Below are positions 1-15,238 of a stretch of DNA of 64,000 bases, one piece after another. How positions within the stretch are numbered: the first letter of the stretch is position 1; every line of letters begins with the position of its first letter. Origin of the DNA: the human T2T-CHM13v2.0 reference genome, Homo sapiens; the NCBI RefSeq assembly GCF_009914755.1, contig NC_060942.1; one strand, written 5' to 3'. The notes under the pieces are model-generated. The model saw only the letters and a list, made by a program, of their open reading frames with translations. It did not search any database and had not been told where the DNA came from. Position numbers and translations under genes: made by a program.

Positions 1-261
1 AGGCACCAGTGGTATCTCCTCTTCATTGTGACCGTAAAGTCCCCAAAGAGAGATTTATGGTAGTTTTACTCTTGGTCTGTTGCCTGGGGGTAAAAGCTGC
101 CCCACGAGGGAATTTATGGCAGCCTCATTTCCCAGAACTTTCTGTTTTGGGTCAGATAAAGGAAGACTGAGAAGACTTCTTTCTGTATCTGTTGAGTCCC
201 AGATGTCTTCAGTTTAATATAATCTTCATACCAACTCAGGGGTTCTGAGTGGGTCTCCACA
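1..261 (-). mobile_element. Probable old ERV1-type LTR fragment
   Basis: Ends in ...gggtctccaca (TG start on the minus strand); resembles MER34-group LTR text; family uncertain. Confidence 0.35.
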
Positions 262-642
262 GATCTTCAGCCCAAGTAGCCTTTGTTAAGAGGATACATC
301 TTCCATTTTAACAGGAGGGAACAGAGCAGTTATAAATAAGTACAGACATGGATAGGTTTGTGATTTGTTGGCAGAAAAAGGAGGTAATTTCTGTCTGAAG
401 TCAGTGCCTAAGAGAACTAGGATTACAGGAAGTTTGAGGAAAGAGTATACATCAATAGTCTAGAAGGAAAACACACTTAGGACGATATAGTAGGATTGTC
501 AGGCAGTTGTAAGTGCAGCCTGTCATCCCAGTTGTCACATCCTGAGCAAAATACTCTTGCTTTGGTGTAGGTACTGAAAGGGGAGAGAGTAGAGTTCAGT
601 AACTTGGGGTTTGGAGAGGGAGGAGGTGAGCTTGTTAAAGTA

Positions 643-843
643 CAGGTTGAATATCCCTTGTCTGAAATGCTTGAGACCAGAAGTATTTCAGATTTTGGAT
701 TTTTTTTAGGTGCTGAAATATTTGCATTGTATACTTAAAAGTTCAGCATCCCAAATCTGAAATGTTCCAGTGAGCATGATGGAGGTGCTCAAAGAGTTTT
801 GAATTTGGGAGTATTTCAGATTTTAAATCATCAGATTAACCTG
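643..843. mobile_element. Tigger4a/MER46-type MITE
   Basis: TA|caggttgaatatccc...aacctg termini; internal ccagaagtatttcagattttgg. Confidence 0.8.
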
Positions 844-1578
844 TTCTTTGCAAGGGAGTTATTGTAATGAGGCACTTGAGTAAGCCCCTTGGCAATGTGC
901 CAAAGTTGGGTGTAGCTGATCAATTGCTGGGAGCAGAAAAAGCATTAATAAAAGAAACCTTACTATTGGAGGTGGGGACTGTGGATGGCCATCCCGTCTT
1001 ACTGTCTCATTGATATGCTTTCCATAGCTCTTCTCTGTCTAGACCTTGAAGGAGATTGGATATTGTTTGGTTAAGGAGTTTATCCTCTTACAGAATTTTG
1101 CAGATCAGAAGGTCCGGGGTCTCAAGGTGAAATAACTTGCCCACGTCTTCCCAGCTAATGTGGTCAGAGCTGAAAGCAATAGCCAAGCCCAATTCTCTGT
1201 GTTTTCTCTATGCCGCTGTGGTGTTTGTATGTTGTATGGCTGCTAAACTCATAAATGTTGCAGTTGTAGATTCTTTCAATACTCAGTGATTGATCTCTTA
1301 AATGCCAGAGCAAATAGTTTTCTGTTAGTGAGCCTTTGGAAGATGTTTGGGGGCCAGCTTAACTCTCTGGTTTATGGATTTGTAAAAGACTGGATTTTTA
1401 ATACTTCAGTCCTAAATAACTCAAAGCGTTACTGTTTTTAACTCAGAAATGTTTTAGAACTTGGGGGAAAAATGTTGCACTTTCAAAGCTTCATACTGAA
1501 ATCATAGATTTTGTACAGCATATTTTATAAGGTGTGTTTTTGATGAGTCATCCACTTCTCTTATTGATTCTTTCACAG

Positions 1579-1729
1579 ATTCCAAATGGAAATACATCAG
1601 AGCTTATTTTTAATGCAGTGCATGTAAAAGATGCAGGCTTTTATGTCTGTCGAGTTAATAACAATTTCACCTTTGAATTCAGCCAGTGGTCACAGCTGGA
1701 TGTTTGCGACATCCCAGAGAGCTTCCAGA
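1579..1729 (+). CDS. MALT1: MALT1 exon 4 (151 nt), Ig1 domain, IPNGNTSELIF...DIPESFQ(R)
   Basis: tttcacag|ATTCCA acceptor and CAGA|gtaagt donor; translation matches MALT1. Confidence 0.98.
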
Positions 1730-1760
1730 GTAAGTAACGAAAGAAGCTGAATGTTGGGAT

Positions 1761-1771
1761 GGGGATTCCCC
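1761..1771. promoter_or_regulatory. Consensus kappaB site GGGGATTCCCC
   Basis: Identical to the MHC class I enhancer A kappaB element; occupancy unknown. Confidence 0.35.
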
Positions 1772-1899
1772 ATATTTTATTTTATTTTAAATGTTTACTT
1801 TTAAACAATTTCAAAGTATCAAAAAACATAGCAAAATTTCACATAGGTACTTCATCCATTATAATGTCAACCATTGTTAAGATTTGATCCATGTGTTTT

Positions 1900-2230
1900 G
1901 TCTTTCTTTTTTTTTTAATTTAGTTTTTGGTTTTGTTGTTTTTTAAGACAAAGTCTTTTTGTTGCCCAGGCTGGAGTGCAGTGGTGCCATCTGATCTCAG
2001 CTCACTGCAACTTCCGCCTCCCAGGTTCAAGTGATTCCTCTTGCCTTATCCTCCTGAGTAGCTGGGATTACAGGCACATGCTATCACACCTGGGTAATTT
2101 TTGTATTTTTAGTAGAAGTGGGGTTTCACCATGTTGGCCAGGCTGGTCTTGAACTCCCGACCTCAGGTGACCCACCCGCCTCAGCCTCCTGAAGTGCTGG
2201 GATTACAGGTGTGAGCCAGCATGCCCGGCC
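1900..2230 (-). mobile_element. Alu (AluS-like), antisense
   Basis: Full dimeric Alu consensus preceded by a T-rich tail. Confidence 0.95.
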
Positions 2231-2246
2231 TGCTTTAATTGTCCTT

Positions 2247-2301
2247 CTGTGTGTGTGCGCGCACGTTCACACATGCACACACACATATATGTGTGTGTGC
2301 A
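2247..2301. repeat. Alternating purine-pyrimidine (TG/CA) tract containing a perfect 28-bp palindrome
   Basis: tgcacacacacata|tatgtgtgtgtgca at 2274-2301. Confidence 0.9.
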
Positions 2302-3221
2302 GATACTTTAGGATGACATAGACAGGCCTCAGTCTGGTCGCTGCCACTGACCTCTTCAAGTTTGCCTTCCTTCATGTTCCATTACTCTGCCCTCACACAC
2401 GGCACCTATATTCAACTTCGTTTCTCCCTGCTGCTTCCATGGTCTCGAAATGTCTTGCATATTCACACTCCACATCTTTGCATCACTTCTTCCTTCCATC
2501 TTGAATACCTTTTCTGTCTGTCATACTTTTATGACTCTTTCAAGCCTCAGCTCCCTCTGCTGCCTTGGCATTCTGATTTTACCTCTATTATAGAACTCGT
2601 TGCATTGATTTTGAAATTATTTGTTTGCTAGCTGTCTGAGCAGTGTAGGGATAAGGAGTTCCCTTTTCTCTTTCTAGTTCTTAGAACAAAGCCTGGCAGG
2701 TAGTAGTCGCTTACCAGTTATGCAATTCATTGACCACCCTCATGAGGCACAGCCTTGGGCTTCGATGTTACAGCTATTTTAAACTAAGCATGAGAGAGAG
2801 CCCCTGACCCCAAACTACTTACACAACTATCAGGAAAGATTATCTGCTACAACAGAAAGCAGGAAGACTTTCTTGCTACCACCTCTTTCTCCCAAAAGTT
2901 AATCTTTTGAACGTATTTCTATATTTTGGTTGTTTGTGTTGTCAGGCTTGTCTCCCTATCTAACTGAACTCCTGAAGGGAAAGTCTCGGTCTTAATAATC
3001 TTTCGTAAAAACAAACACTCAATAACCAATAGCACTCAGTAGATGTTTGTTGACAGAATGAAGAACCAGGGTGAATTCTGTTTAACAAAGTAGAGACGGA
3101 AATATTTCCATCAAAAACATTTAATATTCTTACATTTAAAGCACAAATTCAAAGCTACCTAAAAATCTCTGAAGGATTCTTGATATCTAGAACACTTCCT
3201 TATTTAAGAAACAGATTGTGG

Positions 3222-3535
<314 letters not shown>

Positions 3536-4215
3536 AAGAAACATTGTGAAACTAACATCATGGAAAAATGCTATTTCCTGAAGTTACTCTTACTCATGAA
3601 TACTAAATATGATCATTATAAAAAGTAGATCAGTAGATAAGCACATAGCATTTGAGACCTGATAGTCTTGAGTTCTATAATTAGGATATGAATCAAGAAG
3701 AGGTCAGTTTGTTATGAATTTGAATGTTGTGGTCTTCAGTTTTGTAGGAGAAAAAACTCTCATATAGTAGTCTTGCTGCTCACTTTTCAATTCTTTTCCA
3801 TAATGCGTATTTTTCTCCCAAACTATTGTATTGCTCCTAAAAAATGATCTTGTGGAAAAAAACTCTAGCGTTGATGTCAGCACTAAAGGCCATGTAGTGA
3901 GTGTATCATTCACTGCAAGGAAACATTCATCAGACTGCTTTGCTACTCACTCTGCTCCATCTTTTTAGTGCAATAACTAGCATTGATCAAGACAAAAAAC
4001 CAGTCTCCTCTAAAGAGTAGTTGTCAGATATTATTTTGTTTATTTGGTGCACAGTCAAGAACCATGTTCTTTGTTGTATTTGCTGGACAAAAAGAAGGAT
4101 AGGGAGGAAAACACTTTTTGTTAAAAGAGTTAAAATGCTGCTGTCTCATTCTTTTCTCTCACTTTAGTCTTCCGTAAACTCAAATGACGTTAAGGTTGTT
4201 GAGAAATAAAATATC

Positions 4216-4911
<696 letters not shown>

Positions 4912-4919
4912 ACCTTTCT

Positions 4920-6420
<1,501 letters not shown>

Positions 6421-6452
6421 AAAAGTACGTGTGTGTGTGTGTGTGTGTGTGT

Positions 6453-7583
<1,131 letters not shown>

Positions 7584-7599
7584 CACGTGTGTATAATTT

Positions 7600-8475
7600 T
7601 TAAAGATTTTGTTTAAAATATTCACTGACATAGTTACCTGTTGTGGCACTCTTGAGTCTTTCCTTCTGACCCAGGTTGCTATCAAGTAAAATTTCCCTTC
7701 TGGCTGAAGAATTCCTCTTAATACTTCTTATGGTTACAGTCTGCTGTTTTTCTGTAATAATTTGTAAAAATTATTTGTGTAATAATTTGTAGACAAATTA
7801 TCTCAGCATTTGAATTCTGTTAATCTGTTGTCTTCATTTTTGAAGGATATTTTCGTCGTGTATAGAATTTTAGAGGTGTGTTGGTTTGTTTTCACCACTT
7901 TAAAGATGCCATTCCATTGTCTTTTGGCCTCCATTGTTTATCATGGAAATTTATTTATTCCTTTTATAATTGCTCCCTTGAATTTTTCCTGCTTGGAATT
8001 CTCTGATTCTTGGACCTGTAAGTTATCTTTCATCGATTTTGAATCATTTTTAGCCATAATCTCCAAATATTTTTCTTCTACTTTCTTTCTGGGACTCTTA
8101 ATTATATGTATGTTAGACTATTTGATATTGTCCCACAGATCTTGTAAGCTCTTTTTTTTTCTTTCCTTCACTTTATCTCTTTTGTTTCCAGTTAGATTTC
8201 TTCTAACCTGTTTTCAAGATTACTGATTTTTTGGTGTGACCAGTTTGCTGGTAAGCCCATCGAATGCACTGATGAGTGGAAATCTTGATATTTTAAATTT
8301 CTGTTATTTCCATTTGGCTCTTTTTTTTTTCTTCAATTTCTCACTGCTGAAATTGTAAGTTGGCCACCATCTTCTGTGCAAGTTGATTAACTGCCTTTTT
8401 CTCCAGATCCTTTAAGATGTTTATCTTCGAATTAATGTGAGTCTCTATCTGATAATTCCAGAATGTAGGTCAGCT
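7600..8475 (-). mobile_element. Old L1M fragment
   Basis: ttcatttttgaaggatatttt and cactttaaagatgccattccattgtctt motifs. Confidence 0.75.
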
Positions 8476-8480
8476 CTGCT

Positions 8481-8723
8481 TTTCTTTTTCTTTTTTTTTT
8501 TTTAACAAGTAAACATGGTTTATTTTAGAAATGTGAGGCTATTTCAACATTAGAAAATTTTTTTTTAATTATACTCTAAGTTTTGGGATACGTGTACAGA
8601 ACGTGCAGGTTTGTTACATAGGTATACACATGCCATGGTGGTTTGCTGCACCCGTTAACCTGTCATCTACATTAGGTATTTCTCCTAATGCTGTCCCTAC
8701 CCTAACTCCCCAGCCCCTGACAG
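8481..8723 (-). mobile_element. Short L1PA 3' end (8558-8723) plus 54-nt 3'-transduced segment and second poly(A)
   Basis: attatactctaagttttgggatacgtgtacagaacgtgcagg is L1PA 3' terminus; see findings. Confidence 0.85.
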
Positions 8724-9463
8724 GGTTACATTTTCTTTCTTCTTCGTAAGTCTCATAATTATTTATTCAATGCTGAACATTGAGTATAAAAGAAAAATAG
8801 CATTAACATATGAGATTAACATATTACACATTAACATATAGAGATTGAAATTAATATTTTTATGCTCAGGAACTAGACACACCCCTCGTAATGGCTACTA
8901 GAATAGGGGTATGAGTCCATCCAGTTTGTAGTTGTTAGGTCTGTGCTTTAGATGTATTCAGTTTACTACTGACGGAATTGAGGGTAGAATGAGGATTTCC
9001 CTTTGGCAGGACTGAAATTGACATATCGAGAAGACTAGAAATCTCTGTTTTACAGCTCTAGTGCCAAACTGCAAGAGATCTCTCTCCACTTTACATCCAG
9101 AGTCTCAGCTTATTGGACCACTGAAGCATTTTTGTTCACCAACCCCACCCTTGTCTCTTCTATGTCTCAGGGGGTCTGAGACCCCCCTGCCTAGCTGCCT
9201 TGCCCCCAGCCAGCCTTGGAAAGCAAAGGCACTGCATTCACTGAGGGCCTCGTGGGCCTCCAAGGGTTTCCCTCAGGCCTCTGTTGTGCCATCAGCCTTC
9301 AACAGGCCCTGTGGACCTGCACTTCACAGGTGATCTTTTAGCTCTCCTCTCCTCCTTCGCCTTCTGCAAGAGCACTTGAGAAGGGCGGAAGACAGGGAGT
9401 TGGTGAGTGAGGCAGAATCTTTTGCAGCTGGGGTTCCTTGAGGATCTAATTGGTCATGCCCAC

Positions 9464-9577
9464 TAGGGGTGACCAGCCATCTGGTTTTCCCAGGACTTTC
9501 CTAGTCTTAGCACTTTTAAGTGCTGCATTCTGGGAAACCTTTCTGTCCTAGGCAAACTGAGACCACTGGTTACCCTA
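9464..9577. mobile_element. MER81-like hAT MITE
   Basis: TIRs taggggtgacc / ggttacccta; 8-bp atgcccac/atgccagc TSD-like flanks. Confidence 0.75.
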
Positions 9578-10506
9578 ATGCCAGCTCACAGTCTGCCTTT
9601 AAAATTTTGTAAAACATTCAGCTGGCTTACCCTTCCTTGTCAACTCAGTTCTAAAGGCATTAGGTGGCACCAAACATGGTAGACATTTGTGTGGGGTGGG
9701 AGGCAGTGGGAAGGGACTGGGATGACCCAGAGCAGGATATCAAAGCCCCGGTAAGGTGTCCATGTGGGAGTGGAGCAGTCTCCAGAAATAATCCTGATGA
9801 ATTAAGAGAGCAATGCATATCTTTCTAGACTATTTTTGTGCATGTAATAATATATCTATAAGTGGAATCATATTCATTCAATGAATATTACTGATCACCT
9901 GTAATGTGTTAGACACTGAGTTTCATAATGGAGACTTGTTGCATAAAATTGACAAGCTCTTTGCCTTCAGGAAACTTAAAGAGTATTAAATGAGTGTTAA
10001 GTAAATGATGTCTAATATCTGCCTGGGGTAGAAATGTTAGTGATAACTCACCAATATTTATTCAGTGCGGGTTACAAAACTTATTTCAGTATGTCAAAGA
10101 ACGGAACTTAGAGCTTTCCATGTTAAATGCCAATATCGTTCAAGATGTTAATAAGTTGTTTGCCTCGATCAAAAAGATTCTGCAGCCAAACACATTTAGA
10201 AGACACTTGAACTATATTCCTCTCCTTAATTGACAATTCATACTAACACTTTTAAAGCTTTGAGAAGTCCTGCAATCGAGAAATGTGTTTAACCCAGAAT
10301 TTTCTAAGTTTATTTGTCCACAGCATTCTTTTGGCCACAGAATATCTCGTAATATTTCTATGAGTGCTATAGTTTTTTTAAACAGTTTGGGAAATGTTAT
10401 TAAAAATTGTAACAAATGAAGGGGGAACTTGACACATCTCTTTAATTATAGGGAAATTTTATTTTTATTTTTAACCTAGAGATTTTATTTTTTCTTTTAA
10501 TTTAAG

Positions 10507-10685
10507 GAAGTGTTGATGGCGTCTCTGAATCCAAGTTGCAAATCTGTGTTGAACCAACTTCCCAAAAGCTGATGCCAGGCAGCACATTGGTTTTACAGTG
10601 TGTTGCTGTTGGAAGCCCTATTCCTCACTACCAGTGGTTCAAAAATGAATTACCATTAACACATGAGACCAAAAAGCTATACATG
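10507..10685 (+). CDS. MALT1: MALT1 exon 5 (179 nt), Ig2 domain, SVDGVSESKLQICVEP...TKKLYM
   Basis: tttaag|GAAGT acceptor and TACATG|gtagga donor; in frame with exon 4. Confidence 0.98.
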
Positions 10686-11104
10686 GTAGGAAGTTGATTT
10701 TGGGGTCTTTTGGGGGAGTTAACATGTAAAACAAATGGTACAATTGAAATATAAGGTGAACATTAAAACTCATATCCTTTCAGATGTTTTAATGTTTTCA
10801 GTATTTTTATTTAAAGTCCCTTATGATTTCATATTAACTAGCTCTTATATTTGCTAAAGTGCTAGAATTCAACTCAGGCTTATATGTAAAATGTCAAATA
10901 GTATTGCATGAAACTCAGCACTGTTGGAATCATTACAACATTTACTTGCTGGTATTTAACCTGATGAATGGAGCTAATGTAACAAATGTCTAAAGCCTTC
11001 TAAGATGTTATGTTTTGGAGCGTATTTTTAAAACACAAAATGATTTTTTCTCCAAGCCATTAAAATAGAAGAGGAAGCATTTACATGTTCTAATATTGAT
11101 ATAG

Positions 11105-11201
11105 GTGCCTTATGTGGATTTGGAACACCAAGGAACCTACTGGTGTCATGTATATAATGATCGAGACAGTCAAGATAGCAAGAAGGTAGAAATCATCATA
11201 G
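11105..11201 (+). CDS. MALT1: MALT1 exon 6 (97 nt), Ig2 domain, VPYVDLEHQGTYWCHVYND...VEIII
   Basis: atag|GTGCCT acceptor and ATAG|gtaaga donor. Confidence 0.98.
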
Positions 11202-11530
11202 GTAAGAAGTATTTCCCCAGTGTTCTGACAAGTGGACTATAATATAAGCTATATAAACTGCAACGTTTAATTAAGCAAAGGAAATTATACTTTTTACCCC
11301 ATACTATTTAATGATGTGTTAAGCATTAGAAGTTATATTGTTTATATTGAAATTTGAAAGAATGCATACTAAAATCATAATCTAGGTTCACAGAAAGCAA
11401 AAAGAATCAGGAAAAAAAGCCATTTTGTTTAAATTATTTTAGTTACAGTTTATTTTCAACACTTATGATAAAATATGTATTCTTTAAAGCTTTAGCTACA
11501 AAAAACTTGATTCAGTGGGAAAAGATTTTT

Positions 11531-11770
11531 GGCCAGGTGCAGTGGCTCACACCTGTAATCCCATCACTTTTGGAGGCCAAAGGTTGGTGGTTCAGTTGAG
11601 CCCAGGAGTTTGAGACCAGCCCGGGCAACATAGTGAGATTCCATCTCTAATACAAATAAATAAATAAATTAGCTAGGCATGGTGGCATGCACTTGGTCCC
11701 AGCTACTTGGGAGGCTAAGGTGGGAGGATTGCTTCAGGCTGGGAGGTTGAATTAAAAATAATAATAATAA
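11531..11770 (+). mobile_element. AluJ-like element, partly deleted, in intron 6
   Basis: Alu consensus; aaaagattttt TSD. Confidence 0.85.
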
Positions 11771-12049
11771 AAGAAAAAGATTTTTAATAAAACATTTTTA
11801 AAAACAAACATTATACACATATAAAGGAAAGAAAGGTTATTAACAATCCCATTCTTAACTGCGTAATTTGGGAATTTGTTATATTTCAGCTTAATATATT
11901 TATAGTTATATTGTTCATAGTTGGAGGTATTGATGCATGTGTTGGTTTGCCAACATTATCTCTATGATATTGATCTCTATTTGCTTGACGGCTGCCCTTC
12001 TTAAGATCATGAATTACAATATATTCAAATTTGTTTTTTCTGAAACAAG

Positions 12050-12082
12050 GAAGAACAGATGAGGCAGTGGAGTGCACTGAAG
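12050..12082 (+). CDS. MALT1: MALT1 exon 7 (33 nt), alternatively spliced (MALT1A includes, MALT1B skips), encodes (G)RTDEAVECTE with a TRAF6-binding motif
   Basis: aaacaag|GAAGAACA...ACTGAAG|gtagtg; symmetric phase-1 exon; isoform role is established knowledge. Confidence 0.97.
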
Positions 12083-13489
12083 GTAGTGTAAGTCTTTGGT
12101 TTGAAACCAAATCTCCTGCATGCTAGTTACTCTTGGGATTGGTGGAGTGCTTTTAGCCTACTGAGTGCAGTGATGGAAAAAATACTAGCTGTAAGAAATG
12201 ATTTTGATTGAAGAATATTGTATTTTAATCTTTGAAGTTTTATAAATGGACAGACATGATTAAATTGACACAGTATTACAATAACTAATCTTCAGTTGAC
12301 TTTCTTTTAATATTACATATAAGAACAAAGTTCCTGCATTGTATCTTTTGAGTAGTGAACATTTGCAATTAATTCTTAATGTTAATTTTTATCTACATAA
12401 AATTTGTAAGAAAGATAGGTGGCTATGTGATCATGGATATTTGTTTTAGATTATTTTGTCTGTCCTTTAGCCATGATTAGATGCTCTCAAATGAAATTTA
12501 GTTTTTATAAAAGTTTCAGGAGAGGAGATTTATTGTTTAACATATGTTCTATGAAATATTAAATATTCTGTATTAATATAAAATTGATCAGGATTTTTTG
12601 AAGCTACAGGACTCTAGATAATCTACCATGTCACCTTTACCATAATATGTAAAGGGAACTGAAAATCTATTTCAACATAAACTTCTAATTTGTTTTAATT
12701 AGCCAAAGCATTGTACTTAAATTGTAATGAGTAAATATTAAAATTTGGATCATCTTTCCTTAGTGTGATGTCACATTGTTTTGCAAAATTAGATTTGTGG
12801 ATGGCAAAGTATTTTTTTCAATTTCTGCCTCTATTACATAAGCTTAGGCTCTACTTGGGTAAAGTAAGGAAATAATGTTAAATTTTATATTTTCTGATTT
12901 TCCTGTCCTTCATGTCTCTATAGTATCACTCTGAAATACTATAATTACTGTTTTCATCCTAATATGTAGTTGCAAACAAGAATTCTCTCTTGTAAGAGAG
13001 TTCTAATCCCATGATCTGTTAACCCTGTTTGAGGGAAGCCATGTGAAGAAATCCTAATCGAACTCCTCTTCCTCTCCTAATCCTTTTTGCCTAATTGCAT
13101 GGTTTTTAAGTCTTCCTAATGTTGGAAACCTCTTAAGAATAAATATAAGCTAGCCCCGCTGTTTGGCTCCAAGGTGATGCATGTGAATTATCACCTTGCT
13201 GTGCTGCTTCTGTACCTGCAGTATTCTCTATAATTTTTGCAGTAGCAAGCACACTATTAAATAATAATTTTCAAATAACTCTATTTAGAACATATAGAGA
13301 TGAAAATCCAGTTACGAAGTTTCTCCAGAAGTCTCAGATGAAAAAATTAGATCCAAATTTTTTTCAATGAAAGTCCACAAAATTGAGAATTGCATATGAA
13401 CAGTGTCCTTTATTATATATATATTTTTACCTATTTAGCATGGTGTCCTCTATTTCATTTTGTGTATTTTATTCAAGAGACTTGATCAG

Positions 13490-13951
13490 ACTATTCAGCC
13501 ATAAAAAAGGAATGAAATGATGTCACTTGCAGCCACATGGATGGAACAGTCATTATGTTAAGTGAAATAAGCCAGGCACAGAAAGACAAATATCATATGT
13601 TCTTACTTATCTATGGGAGCTAAAAAAGTTGATCTCATGGAGGTAGAGAGTAGATTGAGACTGGCAAGAGGCTTGGGGGTGGATGAAGAGAGGTTGGTTG
13701 ATAAGTACAGACCTGCAGTTAGAAGGAATCAGTTCTAGTGTTTGATAGCACAGTAGGGTGACAATAGGTAACAGCTATTTACCATGTCTCTCAAAATAGC
13801 TAGAAGTGAAATGTTCCCCACACAAAGAAATAAGTGTCTGAGATGATGGATATCCTAAATACCCTGATTTGATCATTATATATCATATGCATGTGTCAAA
13901 ATATCATATGTATCCCATAAATATGTACGATTATTATGTATGAATGAAAAA
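13490..13951 (+). mobile_element. L1MA 3' end with TSD
   Basis: actattcagccataaaaaaggaatgaa...; aagagacttgatcag / aagatacttgatcag flanks. Confidence 0.85.
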
Positions 13952-13966
13952 AAGATACTTGATCAG

Positions 13967-14905
13967 GATGAGGGGTGCGGGTTGAATAGGTGGATTTTTT
14001 TAGGGCAGTGGAACTATTCTGTATGATTAATGATGAATACATGTATACAAATTTTAATCATTTAGGAGGTCAGAGGAGGGGGATTCCAAGATGGAATACA
14101 GACTATAAGAAAAGAACCTAACTGTATTGCAAATGTATGGTACAGCCTCACTGAAGAGGGGTGAAAGAGTACAGTGCTACTGACCTAAATAACTAAGTAA
14201 CTGGGAATGAGTTGAGCCTAATACTGAAGGCAAAAAAAATTGCACATAACACATGTGCTGACTCAGACCTTCTTCAATTGATTTTATGTAACATATAAGA
14301 ATAAAGTTTCTACATTAAAAAAGTATGAATAGTATATAACATTTGTAATTTATTGTTAATGTTAATTTTTATCTTCATAAAACTTGAAAAAATAGATAGC
14401 TATAATGTCATTACTTATTTTACCTATCCATTGGCCATGATAAGATGTCCCATGGGGTACAGGTTAATTCTGAAACCACTATTTCTCCCAAAAACACCTT
14501 ACACCTTGAGAAACTATGAATCTAACCATGAGAAAAACATCAAATCTCAGTTGAGTGACATTCTGCAAAATACCTGACAGTTACTCCTCAAAACCGTCAG
14601 TGTCATCACAGACAAGGAACACCTGAGCAGGTGTCAGAACCAAGAAGATACAAGCCTGAGGAGACACAAGCAGTTGTAATGTGAGATCCTGAATGGAGTC
14701 CCTGAGCAAAAAAGACCATTAATGGTTCATTAGTTGTGACAAATATACTATTCTAGCATAAGACGTGACAAATACACTAGGCTAACATAAGATGTTAATA
14801 ATAGAGAAATTAGGTATGGGGTATATAGGAACTCTCTCTGCACTACCTTCACAGTAGTTCTGTAAACCTTAAAATGTTCTAAAATTAAAAGTTGACTTAA
14901 AAAGA
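13967..14905 (+). mobile_element. L1MC-type 3' UTR fragments, interrupted by a copied block at 14271-14447
   Basis: aactattctgtatgat and gtgacattctgcaaaatacctgacagttactcctcaaaac motifs. Confidence 0.7.
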
Positions 14906-15211
14906 TCATTTGAGATTACTGTTTTTAATTAGCCAGAATATCTAAAACTATGAATAAATTATGAAAGAGCCTAGTTTTTGTCACTTAATGAAAACAGTGA
15001 TGGCTTAGAAGTCCTAAATGATAAGCACAGCAATATTCACTATTCTTTGCTATTCAGTATTTGCATGGCTTCTTCATTTAATTTGAAAAGTTGTAAACTG
15101 ATAAAACACTATAACATGATTCACTGGCTCAAAACTACTTGGATTAGTCTTACTATTTGTGCTAAATTGGTGTTTAGATTACTTAATCTATTTTCTCTTA
15201 CTTTGTTTTAG

Positions 15212-15238
15212 ATGAATTAAATAATCTTGGTCATCCTG
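15212..15238 (+). CDS. MALT1: MALT1 exon 8 (27 nt), (D)ELNNLGHP
   Basis: ttttag|ATGAATTA...CATCCTG|gtgagt. Confidence 0.96.
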
